Positions 26,648 through 40,616 of a stretch of DNA of 64,000 bases are shown here, piece after piece. The stretch lies in contig JBITNC010000001.1 in assembly GCA_050084985.1 (NCBI GenBank), forward strand, positions 179,986,001 through 180,050,000. Reading direction: 5' to 3'. Below the pieces are notes generated by a model. It saw only the letters and a program-made list of their open reading frames with translations. It was not told the DNA's origin and searched no databases. Source of the stretch: Nageia nagi. Lineage: Eukaryota > Plantae > Pinophyta. How positions within the stretch are numbered: position 1 is the stretch's first letter; each line of letters starts with the position of its first letter. Position numbers and translations under genes: made by a program.

Positions 26648-27977
26648 TCATTGAAATAATGGAATCTCAAGGCAGGTGAAGCGTCACGAACACCTTGTGA
26701 AGGCAAATGAAGCGAAAGGTCATTGGAAGGCAAAGAGATGGGTTTGGCAACGAAAAACGTATCTTTAAGAATCATTCAGAAGAAGAGGAAAAAAAGAAGG
26801 GAGAAAAAAAGAAAAGCATTGGTGAACATTGTGAAGAAGAGAAGTGTAGCCACTTCTGTGGCAAGCTGCTACCATTTTTGGAGCAGACCCTGCTACTGTT
26901 AATAAACAACAATAGCCATACAAAAGATTATTACTATTGGATGAAAATCAAACCAAGGTGGAAAAAGTCTTCATGGAAGCTTCGTTTCTTCTCATTGCCA
27001 GGTTTATTGTTGGTTGGGTGGAGTCGATGGACAACATCATAGCTTGCTAATCAATATGCAATGTGAGAACCTTAGTGTAGTGTGAACAATATCATATTCA
27101 TTCTATGCTATATATTTCTTCTTGTATTCTTCATATATTAGGTTGATCATATAGTGTTGTAGTGTGAGTATTGTTGTGTGGTCACATGTTGTATTTTATG
27201 GGGGGTATAGCATGTGTTTCAATACATGTTTGTAATGCAAATGAAGAGGAAAATCTTCATGCTGTCCAAGAGGAATGATCTATGAAGCTTGCAAAAGTCT
27301 ATCAGCTAGTTGTTGAAAGCACTCACTGATGAGATGTTGGGAGTAGATCTAGGATCATGGGCAACATTTATAATAAATTTCAAAAGGAAAATATTGTCAA
27401 AGGAACAACATCGACGTTGTGGTTGTAGAAACAGAAGGTTGCGGACGACGTTGCAGTAGTGAGAAATGCATTCCTGAGTTGTACTGAACATTGGCAGCTT
27501 GGAGAACATTGTGTAGTCAATTTGGTTGATCAATATAGGGGCTAAGAATACCATAAGAAAGTTGGAGAAGGTGTATGAATGTCCAAAGAAAGGCATAGCA
27601 CCTAGCTTTGTGGTTGTGGCTTTAAAATTTATTGATCAATAATAAAATTAGAGATTAAAAGGGGTGTACTCTCACATTGAGGGGAACCTCTATAAATACT
27701 TATGTTCTTTGTGTTGATGTGCATTATTTTAATCAATATCAATGCATACTAAGAACATAGAGAGCATAGAGAAAATGAAAATAATGAAATCTGTATTTGA
27801 GGATCCAAGTAAGCCACAAGCTTCTAGTGATTACAAATTCTCACATGATATGTAAAATTTAGACAGCTATGTTGTACTGACGTTCATCACATACAGAATT
27901 CATTCATACTTTTAAATTGAACCCAATATTATTAAAACCTACAACGTGGACGATCTAAATGATTGTTTTAAGGGTGT

Positions 27978-30900
27978 TGATGTTGTACAGTTAATTGAAT
28001 TCACTTACAAAATTAAGTATGCAAGTGTGGAAATATTGATTACATGCATAGAATAGTGATAATCAATCAAGCAAACAAAATAACACAAGATACTTATATT
28101 GGTTCCTCCAATTGTAGAAGTACATCCAATTTAACAGTTCCTCTTCTTCATTATGGGGATTTTACATGGATTTATAGATACAAGAATATGGAAAAACATG
28201 CCTCATACAGCAACAATCCTTCCTGACTATGCAACTCATCCAAATCTCCTTTAATCAAATGATATTAACTCTTCAACATGAAAATTTTTACAACTTGTTC
28301 AACAACCCTTCAACAATGGATTCTACAAGTAGATATACAGCCTTGAAGCGTCGCACAACTTCTCAAACCAACAAAACATCTCCCTAAGCAATTATAGCAA
28401 CTGAAACAACCTTGACCGTTGAGTTTCCCCACTCAAGCTATCCGAAGGTACGATGTCCACACCCTGAACTAGGCTTCTATGGCATCCACATTGTGCTATT
28501 TGTGGATCCATCGCACCAAATCTCTAGAGTATGTCTGATTTCGAACATAGAAACATATGGTGCATACATATTTGTCTATCGAACATCAGACTTCTTAATT
28601 GATCAATTCAAATCACCCCACCCCCATGGGAAGGCATTTTGTCTCACAAATGCATAAGTATGGATAAGATGAGGAAATAGTTCCCCCACCTTAGTAGGTA
28701 ATTGTCCTTTCAACCCCACCAACCAAATTTTTTGTTCATCTCTCTTTGTAGTATGAACCTTCTTCTATAGGATTGAATCTTCCCCAAGGTCATTCATGGT
28801 ATTTGGAGCTAAGTCATCAACTGATGGAAAAAATTGTCTTGTCTCTTGTTCTTCCTCAATCAGAATAAATGGCTCAAACAACTTCCAAGTTCTCCACATT
28901 CGCAATTGAGCAGATATTCATGTAAGAATGTAGATCCAATCTAAAAGTACTCACTTACTTGCTCTACGATACAAAATGGTCCATATCTGATAGACTTAAG
29001 CTTTTTGGCTGGTCCTTGTAGCCTCTTCTTACTGAGATTCCACCAAACCTGATCTCCTATTTGGAATTTGTGGTCAACCCTATGTTTGTCATGCCTCAAC
29101 TTATATTTAGATTGGCTAACTTGGAGTTGCTTTTGAACTTTCAAATGAACTTGCGTTATCTTGTCAATGAATTGTTCAGCTTGCTTTTCTTCATGCACAA
29201 CTAAAACATCATCATCCTTTTTTGCTCAAACACAATCAAAAGGTGATAGCGGTAAAAATCCATAACAATTTTCAAATGGAGATTTATTTGAAGAGAAATG
29301 AATTGCTCTATTGTATGAATGCTAAACAAACACAAGATGCTCTTCCCAAGCCTTCGAATGCTTGCCACAATAATCCCTTAACAATTAAACAATTGTCCTA
29401 TTGACCACTTCAGTTTTCCAATTCATTTGAGGATGAAAAGCAATGCTTCTTTTCAGTCTAGTATCCATCTTTTCTCAAAAACAAGTCCAAAACTTACCTA
29501 AGAATCTAGAATCTCTATCCGTAATAATAGAACTAGGTAATCCAAAATGACCCACACAAGAGAAAAGAAGAGTTCAACAACTTCTTGACCTATTATAGTC
29601 TTCTTACATGGAATTAGCACACGCATCTTGTTAAATATATCAACAATCACAAATAAATAATCATGCCCTTTCTTGGACATAGGTAATGGCCCTACAAAAT
29701 CCATTGAAATACTTTCTAAAAGACAATGAGGAACTAGAAGTGGTTGATACAAACCCAATTTCCTATTGCTAGATTTGCTAGTGTAACACATTACACACCC
29801 CCTTACATACTTAACAACTTGCTCTTGCATCTTTGTCCAATACACATACCTTTGAAAATTTGCAATTGTCTTACCAACTCCAAAATGTCCAGCAAATTTT
29901 GAAGTATGAGTCTCTCTGATCAACCTAAGTCTTTCTACTTCAAGAATACACAATAGATTATATTTATAGAGAAGGTCATCTTTAATGTGAAATTCATCCA
30001 TCCCTTCACAACTTGGTATAGATGACTGTTTCAGCTTTTGGTATACATCCTACATCCTGCATATATGCCTCTAGAAATGCTTCAAAAACAAATGGATAAA
30101 ACTTCATGACAATCAGAGATCATTTTCCACTCTTGGAACAACGTAGGTGTTGTAGTTTCAAACTCAAAAGGCATTAGCGTCATGGTTGCTACTATTGGTG
30201 GTCTGGCAAGCATGTCGTCAATCTTATTGGTGTTGCCTTTCTTATATTTGATGATAAGATGGAATTATTGCAGAAACCCCATCCATCTGAAATGCCTTTC
30301 TTGTTGCAACTTGGATTGAGTTTGTAAACATTGTAATTGTTGATGATCAGTATGAATTATTTTCTATTTTCCCAATAATGCTTCCACTTCTTCACCACAT
30401 GAAACAATGCATACAATTCCTTATCATATGTAGGATAGTTCAAAACTGCCCCACTAAACTTCTCGAAATGGTAGCATATAGGTCTTCCTTGCATCAATAT
30501 TGCCCCCATGGCATACTCACTAGCATCAGTATCTACCTTAAATAGTTGTTGTAGATTGGGTAGTGCCAAAACATGTGCATTACTGATCTTTTAATTCACT
30601 AGGTCAAAAGAAGTTTGTTGTTTCTTTTACCACACAAAACCTTGCTTCATTCTTCCTGTAATGTCAAACAATGGTAAAACAATATTGGAAAAATCAACAA
30701 TAAACTTTCTCAAGTATTGAAAAACTGCTAGAAAACTCTTGGTTTCAATCACATTATATGGTCTTGGCCAATCAACAATAACTCTAACCTTCTCAAGATA
30801 TATCCTATGTTGTCCTCCACCAATGACATGTCCTAGGTACACCAAAGATGTTTTACCAAACTCACGTTTACTTGCTTTCAACAACAAATGTTTTTTATTT

Positions 30901-33300
30901 TTGCAAAGTTTGTAACACCTTCCTAAGATGTACTAAATGTTCATCCCAATTACAACTACAGATCAGAATATCATCAAAATATAAAGGAACAAAAGAATCA
31001 AGATATGGCCTCAGGACATCATTCATCACCCTCATGAAGGTGGAAAGTGCATTACACAACCCAAAAGGTAAAACTAACCATTCACATAGACCTTGTCTAG
31101 TCTTGAAGGCAATCTTCCAAATGTCCTCCTCTTTAATTCTCACTTGATGATACCCACTTCTCAAGTCCAAATTGGTAAAATACTTTGCTCCTTGCAATTG
31201 ATCCAATAGATCATTTATCTAAGGCAATGGATAACGATTCTTGATGGTTATTTTATTCAAAGATCTGTAGTCAATACACATTCTCCACGATCCATCTTTC
31301 TTATGAACTAGAATAACAGGTGAACCACATGAAGAAGTATTGGGTTGGATCATGCCTTTATCCACCAGCTCTTGTACATGCCTCTTAATCTCCTCTTGTT
31401 CCAAAACCGATTGCCTAGACAATCCTATGTCAGGAAGAGGAATCAGGTAACAACTAGATTTCATGTTGAATGTCCTGCATAGGTGGCAATCCCTTTGGCT
31501 CAAAAAACACAATCTAAAACTCGTACACCAATTTCTATTGTTGATCTTCTTGCCTCAACAGCACCTGCGTTGTATTTTCAATCTAGAAGGATGTTAGCGT
31601 CGTGCACTTGAGAGAATCATCTTCTACAGCTCTTACCATGAGTAGCACGAATTTCAAATTGATGTTAATCAACCTTTTTACTTGACTGGATGTCACCAAA
31701 GACATTCTCTTTGCAGTCTGAAAAGCGTGAACAATATAGAACTTTCCATCTTTAATCAGTCTATATTGATTCTTTCTTTGATAATAAATGCCATCTTTGT
31801 CCTACAAATAGGTAAATAGTGAATATCAAGAGGTACCACATCCAAAACAGCTTCATTCGCAAAATTAGAGGAAATAGTGGAATTCAACTTGCATTGCTTT
31901 GTTACTTGTAACTTGGCATCACTGTGAACCCAACCTAATGGGTATGGTTGAGGATGCTTCTCTGTCTTCAACCCCAACTTTTGTACCAAACTTTAAGCAA
32001 TCGAATTTGCTTAAGAACCAAGATCTAAAATAGAATTACTAATTGTCCCCTTGATTTGGATCTTGACATGGAATGGTGATGTCCTCTTCTCCTCAACATG
32101 TTTGCATTTCCAACTTCATGGACTATTGTACATTTAAGGTTTTCATCAGAACCTCCACTATCCTCACTCTTAGTGACCATTGCATTCTTTTTATTTGGAT
32201 TCTTCTTCTTCTTGTATGGGTACAACTCAGGATGAAGCTTCCAACACTTCTCATCTACATGTCCATCTTTGTCACAATGTGAACAATGTCATGTATCACC
32301 TTCCTTCTTTGAAATATTTGTGGTTTTCTTCTCTTGTTGCTTCCCTTTAGCTTTCTCTTGAGATTTACTGCCTTCTTGGTTCCCCTTATTATTTGTATTC
32401 TTCTTGGAGTTCTCAAAATGTTGTTTATGTCTCCCATCTTCTTCCAAATATTGAGCTTGCACACAAACTTAATCAAAATTAGTAGGATTAAACAACATAA
32501 TCAACTTCTGCAAATGAGTATACAAACCTCCAATGTACATCAAAATTTGAGGATCCTTAAGAGAAACCCCAAGTAAATTTGTTTGCCTCCTAAATTCAAT
32601 GGTGTATTCTTGGATTGATTGTCCTTTTTGTTGGCGAAAAAATTGCCATTTCATGAGTCGCTTATTATGATGACCCAAAGGATAGAACTGAACTATCAAC
32701 AAATTCTTGAATTCGTCCCAAGAAGAGATAGATGGTTCATCCTCATGTTTGAGGGATTATACATGACTCTCCCATCAAACTAATGCATGACCTCTCATTT
32801 TCAATCTAGCAAATGAAATTTTATGAGCATCATTTTCAACACATTGAAACTAAAAGTATACCTCAAGTTGCTTCAACCAATTGTTGAGCTCCTTTGCATC
32901 TACCTCGCCTCCAAACGTAGGGATCTCCAACTTGGCCTCTACTTTGAATGGCAATGATGTAGTGGCATGAGAAGGTCCAACATCTTCAAATGGTCTTCTA
33001 TCATACTTAGGTGTCCTTGGATCCTCCCTAGTTTGTCTTCCTTGAAGTAACTCCATTATTCTAGCCATATTGTTCTCCATTGCAAGAAATCTCCTCTCGA
33101 ATTCAAAACTCAAGTTAGAATCAATTTGTGGATGCTTTATTCAACTTTCTTCTTGTTCTTCCATTGAATTGGTTCTTATATGCCTTCTTCCAATCTCAAG
33201 ATCAAAAGGAAACAACTTAGCTCTTTGAGACCTTCTACCTTGCATAAACAACTTTGTTTTGTGGAGGTTTATCTTTTGATGTGATGTCTTCCCATGCAAC
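27978..33300 (-). mobile_element. Decayed Ty3/gypsy element (CRM-like gag/protease), 5' LTR missing
   Basis: gag KVEAKLEIPTFGGEVDAKELNNWLKQLE; Zn knuckle at ~32240-32290; VQKLGLKTEKHPQPYPLGW; [33 protein letters not shown]; RNase [14 protein letters not shown]; integrase HTSKFAGHFG..ISMDFV. PPT at 28616-28630, 3' LTR ~27978-28615. Confidence 0.9.
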
Positions 33301-33309
33301 TTCAATATT

Positions 33310-35374
33310 TTCTTAAACTATTTCGTTTCGTTCACAGTGGCTTGCCCTATTAAAAGTGTCATCTACAAACTAATGATGTGTGACAGCTTCACAATCTCTT
33401 CTAGGAATTATTTCTTTTATTGTATCCTTTCTTTTTTCATCTTTTATTGCCATTTCTAATGCTTCTTCGATGATTATAAAAAAATAAGGAGAGATCCTTG
33501 TCTTAATCCTCTTTAAGAGGTAAAGTACCCTACCACTTCACCATTAACTAGTACAAAAAAACTTTGGAGTAGTGATACATTCCTAAATCCATTTCCTCCA
33601 GGTTACTCCAAAACCAAATTTTTGCAAGATTTGATCCATGAATTTCAAATTGATTTTATCATACGCCTTTTCCATGTCTAGTTTTAGAATCATAGCTTCC
33701 TCTTTTTTTATATTTATTGAATGTAACACTTCATGCATCAAAACTATTCCATTTGTGATTTGTCTTCCCTAAACAAAACCATCCTACTTTGGAGACACAA
33801 TCCATGGCAAAATTCTTTTTATTCTCTCAATCATGATTTTGCTTCCTAGGGCTTTCGGATAAGAACTAAGAAAGTTGCATTCCATGCTTTTAGTAATGTA
33901 CCTTTTCTAAAGAATTCCATAATTGCTTTTTGTACATTCTCTACCACTATTTCCCAATTTTATTGAAAGAAGCCTGTTGAAAACCCATTCAAACCTAGTG
34001 CTTTATCCTTGTTTAGTAAGAACATAGTTTCCTTAATTTCCTCTTTAGATACAGGTTTTTCCAACTCCAATCTTGTTCTTTGATCTATTATTTGGGGTAT
34101 ATACTCCAGAATTTTCTTCATTATTGTCCTATATTTCCCTTTAGTCTAAAGATAATAACTTCTTGTAGACCCTTTCTAATCCATTCTTTATTTCTTTATC
34201 TCTAGTTATGCTTCCATCATATTTCTTTACTTCAATTATTCTATTAAAACTCCTTTTCAAAGTAGTAATTTGAAAAATCTAGTGCTTCTATCTCCTTCCT
34301 TTAACCAAGCTACCTTGGATTTGTGTTTCAAATTTTCAATGTATTTCCTCTTGGGTTAAAGTGTTATAGTGCTCTAATATATCTCCTTCTTCCCATCAAT
34401 AATCACATCTCTTCCTTCTCTTAAGATCTGTTGTTCTATTTCCTCTAAAGCATTTTTTAGGGTTTTTTTCCTAGTTTTAACATTTTGGAACGCATGTTTG
34501 TCTCAATGCTTAAGTTTTCTCTTTACTTCTAGCTTTCTTGAGAGTTTGTACATTCCAATTCCATTTACTTCTTCCTTCCACCATTCTTTTAAATTTTCTT
34601 TGACACTTGGATGTGTCATCCACATATATTCAAATTTGAATGGAGATTTCTTCCTTTGTTCTAGATTCATATTCAGCAGCAATGGATAATGGTTAGATGT
34701 TATTCTTGGCAAAGATAGTAAATCATTGTTTTGGAACTCCTCTAGCCAATCCATTAAGACCAATATCCTATCTAAGCTCCTATGTATGAAATTCCACCCA
34801 CATCTTCTATTTGATCATGTAAATTTGTTTCCTTTGAGACACAAGTCTACCAATCCAATAGAGTCCATCAAGGTCCTTAAATCTTCCAGGCTTCTAGACA
34901 GATTAGTTCTTCCACCAAATATATCTTCTAGGTGCAATGGGGAGATCAAATCTCCGCCCACCACCCGTGGTTCATTTTAAAAAGTTTTCATATGATCTGT
35001 CAATTGCTCCCATAAAGTTTTTCTACTACTTAGAATATTTGGAGCATAAACATTTGATAACATAAAGGAAAATTTGTTGTCAATACACACTACTCTTACT
35101 ATGATGCATCTTGAAGAAGTAAAATTAACTCTTTGAATGTTTACAGTTTTTGGGGTCCACAAAATCCATAGCCCACCAGCTTTTCCTACTACATCAATCA
35201 CCTAAATATGTGCTTCTTTCCAAATCTTATACTTCATTGTTTGTTGTTTCTCATTTTTAACTTTAACTTCCTAAAATAAAATTATGTCTAGTTTGTATAC
35301 CATCCAGACTTCTCTTGCAAATTTTGTCTGCCAGGTAAGTTGCAACCTCTTATATTCCAGCATAGTAGATTCAT
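33310..35374 (-). pseudogene. LINE ORF2 pseudogene (APE endonuclease + reverse transcriptase)
   Basis: MNLLCWNIRG start; GKAGGLWILW; NVYAPN; SNHYPLLL..FKFEYMW; LKLDMEKAYD; RGLRQG; FVDDT at ~33355-33370. Many stops. Confidence 0.92.
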
Positions 35375-36480
35375 TTTGACTTCCTTGAGCTGGGTTTCCC
35401 ACCTCCACTCCACTCTAGAGTGTTATTTTTAATAGCAGAACTTGTATATCTTCCCTATTTACCCACATTTGTTGTTTTCTAGAATTTTTAATTGTTCTTG
35501 TTCTGGAATGTTCATTTTCCTTATTTCCTTTTGTATTCTTCCCTCTTTTCCTACTATTTCTTTTTGTTAGTTGTCTTTCATGCTCTTCAGCAACTACATC
35601 TATCTCTACATTTGCTTCGTTCTCAGCCTCTTCTTCTGCAGTCTCCTCTTCTTCTTCTGGCTCCTCTTCTTTCTCTTCATGCTCATTTCCATCTATAGAC
35701 TTTTCCGGTGTTTTAGTAGACTCTACATTGATATCCCTCTCTTCGAAGAATTTGAGTTTCCTAAACTTCATATGTTGTTTCTTCCTCATTTTCCTCTAGA
35801 AATTCCTTTGTAATGTTTCCCAAAATTTCATATCAGTTTCTTTGAGCTGATGTTTGGGGTATTTCTGGAAATTTCTTTGGATTTTGTATTTTTTCAGGCA
35901 CTTTCCCCAGTAGTTTGTCTTGTGCTTCCTTCATTAATTGATCTGGTCCCTTTAAGGTCCTTCCTGCGGTATTTCTTTTTCTTTTTCTTTTCCTTTTCTT
36001 ATTTATTGATCTTGGTTTTCAATCCTTCTACATGTCCATCTCCATTCTATATTTTGCCTTTGTCTTCTGTCATTTGCTGGTTTAGTTGGACAGTCTTTTC
36101 CAATATGGCCAAAGATTTTGCATTCAGTACAAGCCATTGGCTTTAAGTTGTGGGAAAGTTTTTGAATATGCTCCCTATTCTGACTGAAACACAACATCCC
36201 CTAAAATCTTGCAATTTTGGGGACCCTCAACGCATCATGTATATGCTTCGTTTTGTCGTCGTCAATCCCACCCAAGTTGCGTCTCAAAGACATAGATTCA
36301 TGGACAACCTATTATAGTTCAAGCCACTTCCTTCGTCTAGGGTTAGTCATGTCAAGATAGGAATTTCAAAATCTCTAAAAAAATGGATAAGTCTGGGAAA
36401 GGTAAAAGTCGATCTTAGGTGAGAACTAGGGAGTCTAGGAAGAGTCGGAGCTTGATCAAAGCAAACTGGGGATCTCCAAG

Positions 36481-37448
36481 GGCTGGCGCATGCTTCAAAA
36501 AGACAATCTTGTCTTTTTGAACCATGCGACTGGGCCTAGGGGTCATCCAGACAGAAGGGAAGGCTCAAGAACGGAATTTGGGCACTTGCAAGCCCAGCAC
36601 ATGCCTCCAGAAGACAAAATCTTGTCTTTCCTGGGCATGCGCCAAACACAGGGAGCGAAATGAAGCCAAAGTAAGCATGGAAAACCCAAGGCAAAGGCAC
36701 TACAAGGCTAGCGCATGGTTTAAAAAGACAAAATCTTGTCTTTTTGAACCATGCGACTTGGCCAGGAGGACAAGATGAGCAAGTTCGGAGGTCGGGAAAT
36801 GATCATGAGTCATCCAGGAGGCTGGCACATGCTTCAAAAAGACAAAATCTTGTCTTTTTTAACTATGCACCAAGCCTAGAAAGGCTGCCAGTCTGAGCAA
36901 AGTGGAAAATTTGACAAGTCCCCGGACTCAGGAAACTCAAGACCAACTCAAGCATGCCCAAGGGGTTGGCGCATGGTCTAAAAAGACAAATTCTTGTCTT
37001 TTTGACACATGTGCCAAGCCTAGGAAGCCTTAGGATTTGAAAAAAGTAAAAATTTGGCTAAGGCATGGGCACTTGAAGATCAAACTCTGGAAAATAGGCC
37101 AACTGGAGGCTAGCGCATGCTTCAAAAAAAAAAATCTTATCTTTTTGAACCATGCGACCAAGCTAGATGGACAAGCAAGGCTAGCGCATGCCTTAAAAAG
37201 TCACAAACTTGACTTTTGGAAGCATGCACCAAGCCCACAGGTTGCCCAAGTTGAAATAAAACATCAAAATTGATAAGTACAGCTGACCAGAAGACCCAAA
37301 ATCAAGAAAAATTAGGTTACTGGGTGAGTTAGGTGAACAAGGCAAGCAAGCATGAAGGCAGGAGACCCAAGGTTGGAAGCATACACACCCTTAGGGCTGG
37401 CGCATGGTTCAAAAAGTCACTTTTTTGTCTTTTTTTCCATGCACCAAG
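36481..37448. repeat. Array of 8 palindromic units, positionally equivalent to 13968-14941
   Basis: Units at ~36481, 36591, 36706, 36820, 36964, 37108, 37179 and 37394. Confidence 0.9.
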
Positions 37449-37534
37449 CTAGGTTGAGCATTAAAACCCAAACGTTTGAGCACAAGCGGCTTTATAGGAG
37501 GTTCTGGGCTGGCACACATCTCGAGGTCAGCCAG

Positions 37535-37694
37535 GTGGGAGAAGGATATGATGAGGGTCACCGACAAGGTAGAGCGTAGCATGGTGAAGAATGGGCCGAA
37601 GCTATCAAAGATGCTACATGGATTGGAGCTCACAGCCCAATTCTTGGACTACTTTGAACGGCGTGTAGAAGCGTTGGAGCCACCATCTGCCTAG
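37535..37694 (+). pseudogene. C-terminal remnant of the orphan gene in copy B
   Basis: WEKDMMRVTDKVERSMVKNGPKLSKMLHGLELTAQFLDYFERRVEALEP matches WKDDMQRMVDKVGRRITRNGPKLS*MLHGLELTAKFLDEDFERRIEVLGP at 18367-18527. Confidence 0.85.
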
Positions 37695-39200
37695 TCACAA
37701 TATTTGTTGTCTTGCATTTATTATATTTCATAAGTTATTTTTGGAGGCTTTATTTATTTGTTAATAAATTCCCAAATTTGTGATGGATCAGGATTTGCTC
37801 CCACAAATTTGGAGGACATCTTGTAATGCCATGTGGCAATGTTTGATTGGACCACTTATTATTTCTTGGAACTCGTAATTAGAGTTAGGGCAACATCTAG
37901 GGTTGCTCTAAAAATATTTATAGCCCATTTGGGCTCATTTGTAGAGATCAGACATTCTTTGCAACTGGGGACTACTTACATAATACTTTCAATCTTGCAA
38001 GTTTTCCCTTTTCGCAATTGTGATATAATTCCAAGAAATTGAAGTGAGCTTGTTTTCATTTGGGACTATGAAAATGAATGAGTGTTACATTTTTATGCTA
38101 TCTTGAGTATTTGAGACATTTAATAAACCTTGTTGGTGGATAAAAGAATGCTTGTATATCCTTTCGAAATATTTAAAGAAGTGTTTGATTGTAAAGTTTC
38201 ATAGTTTGCACATGAGATTAGTGTGTTCTAAGATGACTTGTGTATGTTGCTTAATATAGGAACTTCACTCCACAATTGAGTTCTACCCACATGATACCTT
38301 TCTTATCCATCGCCTTAGCGCCAAGCTCCTCTCGTTGGGATGTTCGTGTTGTCGCCTTTCGAGTTGGATTTGGGGTGAATGGAACCTATGCCAAACCTGC
38401 ACAAGTTCAGTCTTAGAAAATCGTACTAATCGGTGAGAACATTGCCCTAGAGCTGAATTCATATATCACCGTCTTTCCACAACTCTTTTTCTTTATTTTC
38501 TAATTCTTTGTGCGGCTTTTGCAAAAAACCTTTTTTTCCTTTTCGTTGAGAAACAACCATTCCTGGAGTAGAGACCCTTCAAGTCCTTGATTAACAAATT
38601 TCATTTGAGTTGGTAATAGCTTCAAACATCTCCACCATATCACCTGAGTGAACCCTTCCATCCTTCATTTTCAAACCTTTGAGGTAAAAGTCCTCATAGC
38701 CGGTAGGGGTCACACCCTACCACTCAGGTGTTGGAGTCTTTCTACAAGCCTTGTGATCCAATTTACCAATCAGCAAGGGTAGGAAAGAAAAAGCCCCCAA
38801 CACTCCCCATTTTTGTTCTTCAAACAGATCCTATTTTGTAAGGGTTTAGAAACATCAATATTTGCACAAAGACATGTTGAGGCATACCTCTATGCTTCTC
38901 TTGTATTTTTAATTTTATGCAGGCAAATGAAGGTTCTTAAAGATTTGGCTACCCCTTTTATAAGATCCACACACCAGAAATCCAAGGGTAGGTTTGGAAG
39001 GGTTATGCATATTGGTACTATTGTGCCTACACAACACCCCCCAAAATTTTGCATTTTGAGGACTCTCGAAAATAAAAGGCCAATGTATGTAAGTAAGACA
39101 TCTGTCTAGAAGGAATGTATACATCTTGGTCTAGTTTCAGGAAACATGCTAAACTTGCACATTCATAATCAAATCAAGTCAAAAACCTGCATTTTTCCTC

Positions 39201-40616
39201 AGTCGCACATTTTGAGGGACATGCTTTTGCACATCCCCTAAATGGTGCAACCAACCTCATGTTGCATTTTCACACTCATACTTGCATTTTTCAGCCTTAG
39301 AGTTGCACTTTCGGGGTCCCTCATGCTGCAAGTCCATTTCTCTTTCATTGCATTTCGTATTTAAGGTCATCATGGTCAAGTTTCAAAGATAAAATAGGTT
39401 TTTCAGCTAGTCGCATGTTTTCAAGTGTATGCTTTTGCACCCACCCAAAACCGTGCGATCAAAACTGGGAACTCATACTTAGCAATTTTTCGCAAAAAGG
39501 CTTAGTTGCATGTTTTTAGGTGTGTGCTTTTAAAGCACCCAACTCAAACCATGCGACCAAGGAGGAGAAGACTAAGACTTAGCCGTTTTTAGAGCTTACA
39601 AGGCCAATCGCATGTTTTTCAGTGTGTGCTTTTGCACCCATCCAAAATCGTGCGACCAAATTCATGGGGTAAAATTTGGTTGTGTCGGACTCAAATTGTT
39701 GACGAGTTTAAGCACATGCATTTGACCACTTCTTGCACTAATCATATAACGGCACCTGTCCTATCCAAGAAGGCTATAAAAGGAAGTTCAACCTCGATCA
39801 TTCTGTTTGGAAGGTTGCCAAGAGCACTGCGTGGAGCTAAGGGAGAAAAAGCACGTCCTTCAAAACTTGCGACCTGTTCAAATTTGCATTTTTTAGTCAT
39901 TTTTCACCTATGTTTGAAATTTCTAGTCTCGGGAAGTGTGCCAAACCCCAAGCGCATCATTTGTTATACATGAAAAAGCAACCCTCCCGAATCATACGCC
40001 CAGTCTCAAACGTTTTGGCTCCGAGTGAAATTGGCAAAGTGTTTGAAATCTAGAGGAAAAGGCCAGGCACAGGGTTTAAGGTGCATGCTTTTGAACTCTT
40101 CTAAAGCGATGCGACCAGGAATTGGGCCCCATCATACATTTAAATTTGACTAAGTTCCCTACCCCCTAGTCGCATGCCTTTTGACACATGCTTTTGCACC
40201 TGTTCTAGACCATGCACCCTCTATTTTAGCTCTACCATTTGAACATGAATCCGACCAACCCAGAGGTGACACGTGGCAACCCGCAAGGTTATAAATATTA
40301 GGCCACCCCTTAGTCACTTTTACCACTTCGTCTCAGATTTTCTCCATACTCCCCAGTCACACCATTTTCTAGCATATGCTTTTGCACTCTTCTAAAACGG
40401 TGCGCCAAGAAAGAAATAAGGAGTTTAAGGGGGCCATTATGCATCCAAATAGCCCTTGAGGTGCATGCTTTGCAGTGCATGCTTTTCCCCTCACCCAGAT
40501 CCATGTGCCTAGGTGTGAGGTGAAGAATTATAACCCAGAATTTGACTAAGTGACCCAAATCCTAGTCGCATGCATTCCAGATAGTGCTTAAGCACTCATC
40601 CAAAACTGTGTGTCCA
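39201..40616. repeat. Array of ~9-10 spaced ~52-bp units (AGTCGCATG-N-TGCTTTTGCAC-N-CRTGCGACCA)
   Basis: Units at ~39201, 39408, 39503, 39606, 40066, 40167, 40355, 40460 and 40563, plus a degenerate one near 39700. Confidence 0.85.

Larger units (their letters stand above)
36176..38802 (+). mobile_element. 2627-bp internally deleted relative of element A; copy B
   Basis: Start TATTCTGACTGAAACACAACA (decayed TGTTGTG), end AAGCCCCCAACA. Perfect TSD CTCCC at 36171-36175 and 38803-38807. Collinear with A except for a ~3.3 kb gap at ~37525. Confidence 0.92.

Noticed and set aside
26650-27850. Additional LTR-like pieces (also 57360-57830)
   Set aside because: Composition suggests LTR remnants, but no termini, TSD, PBS or partner copy could be fixed.
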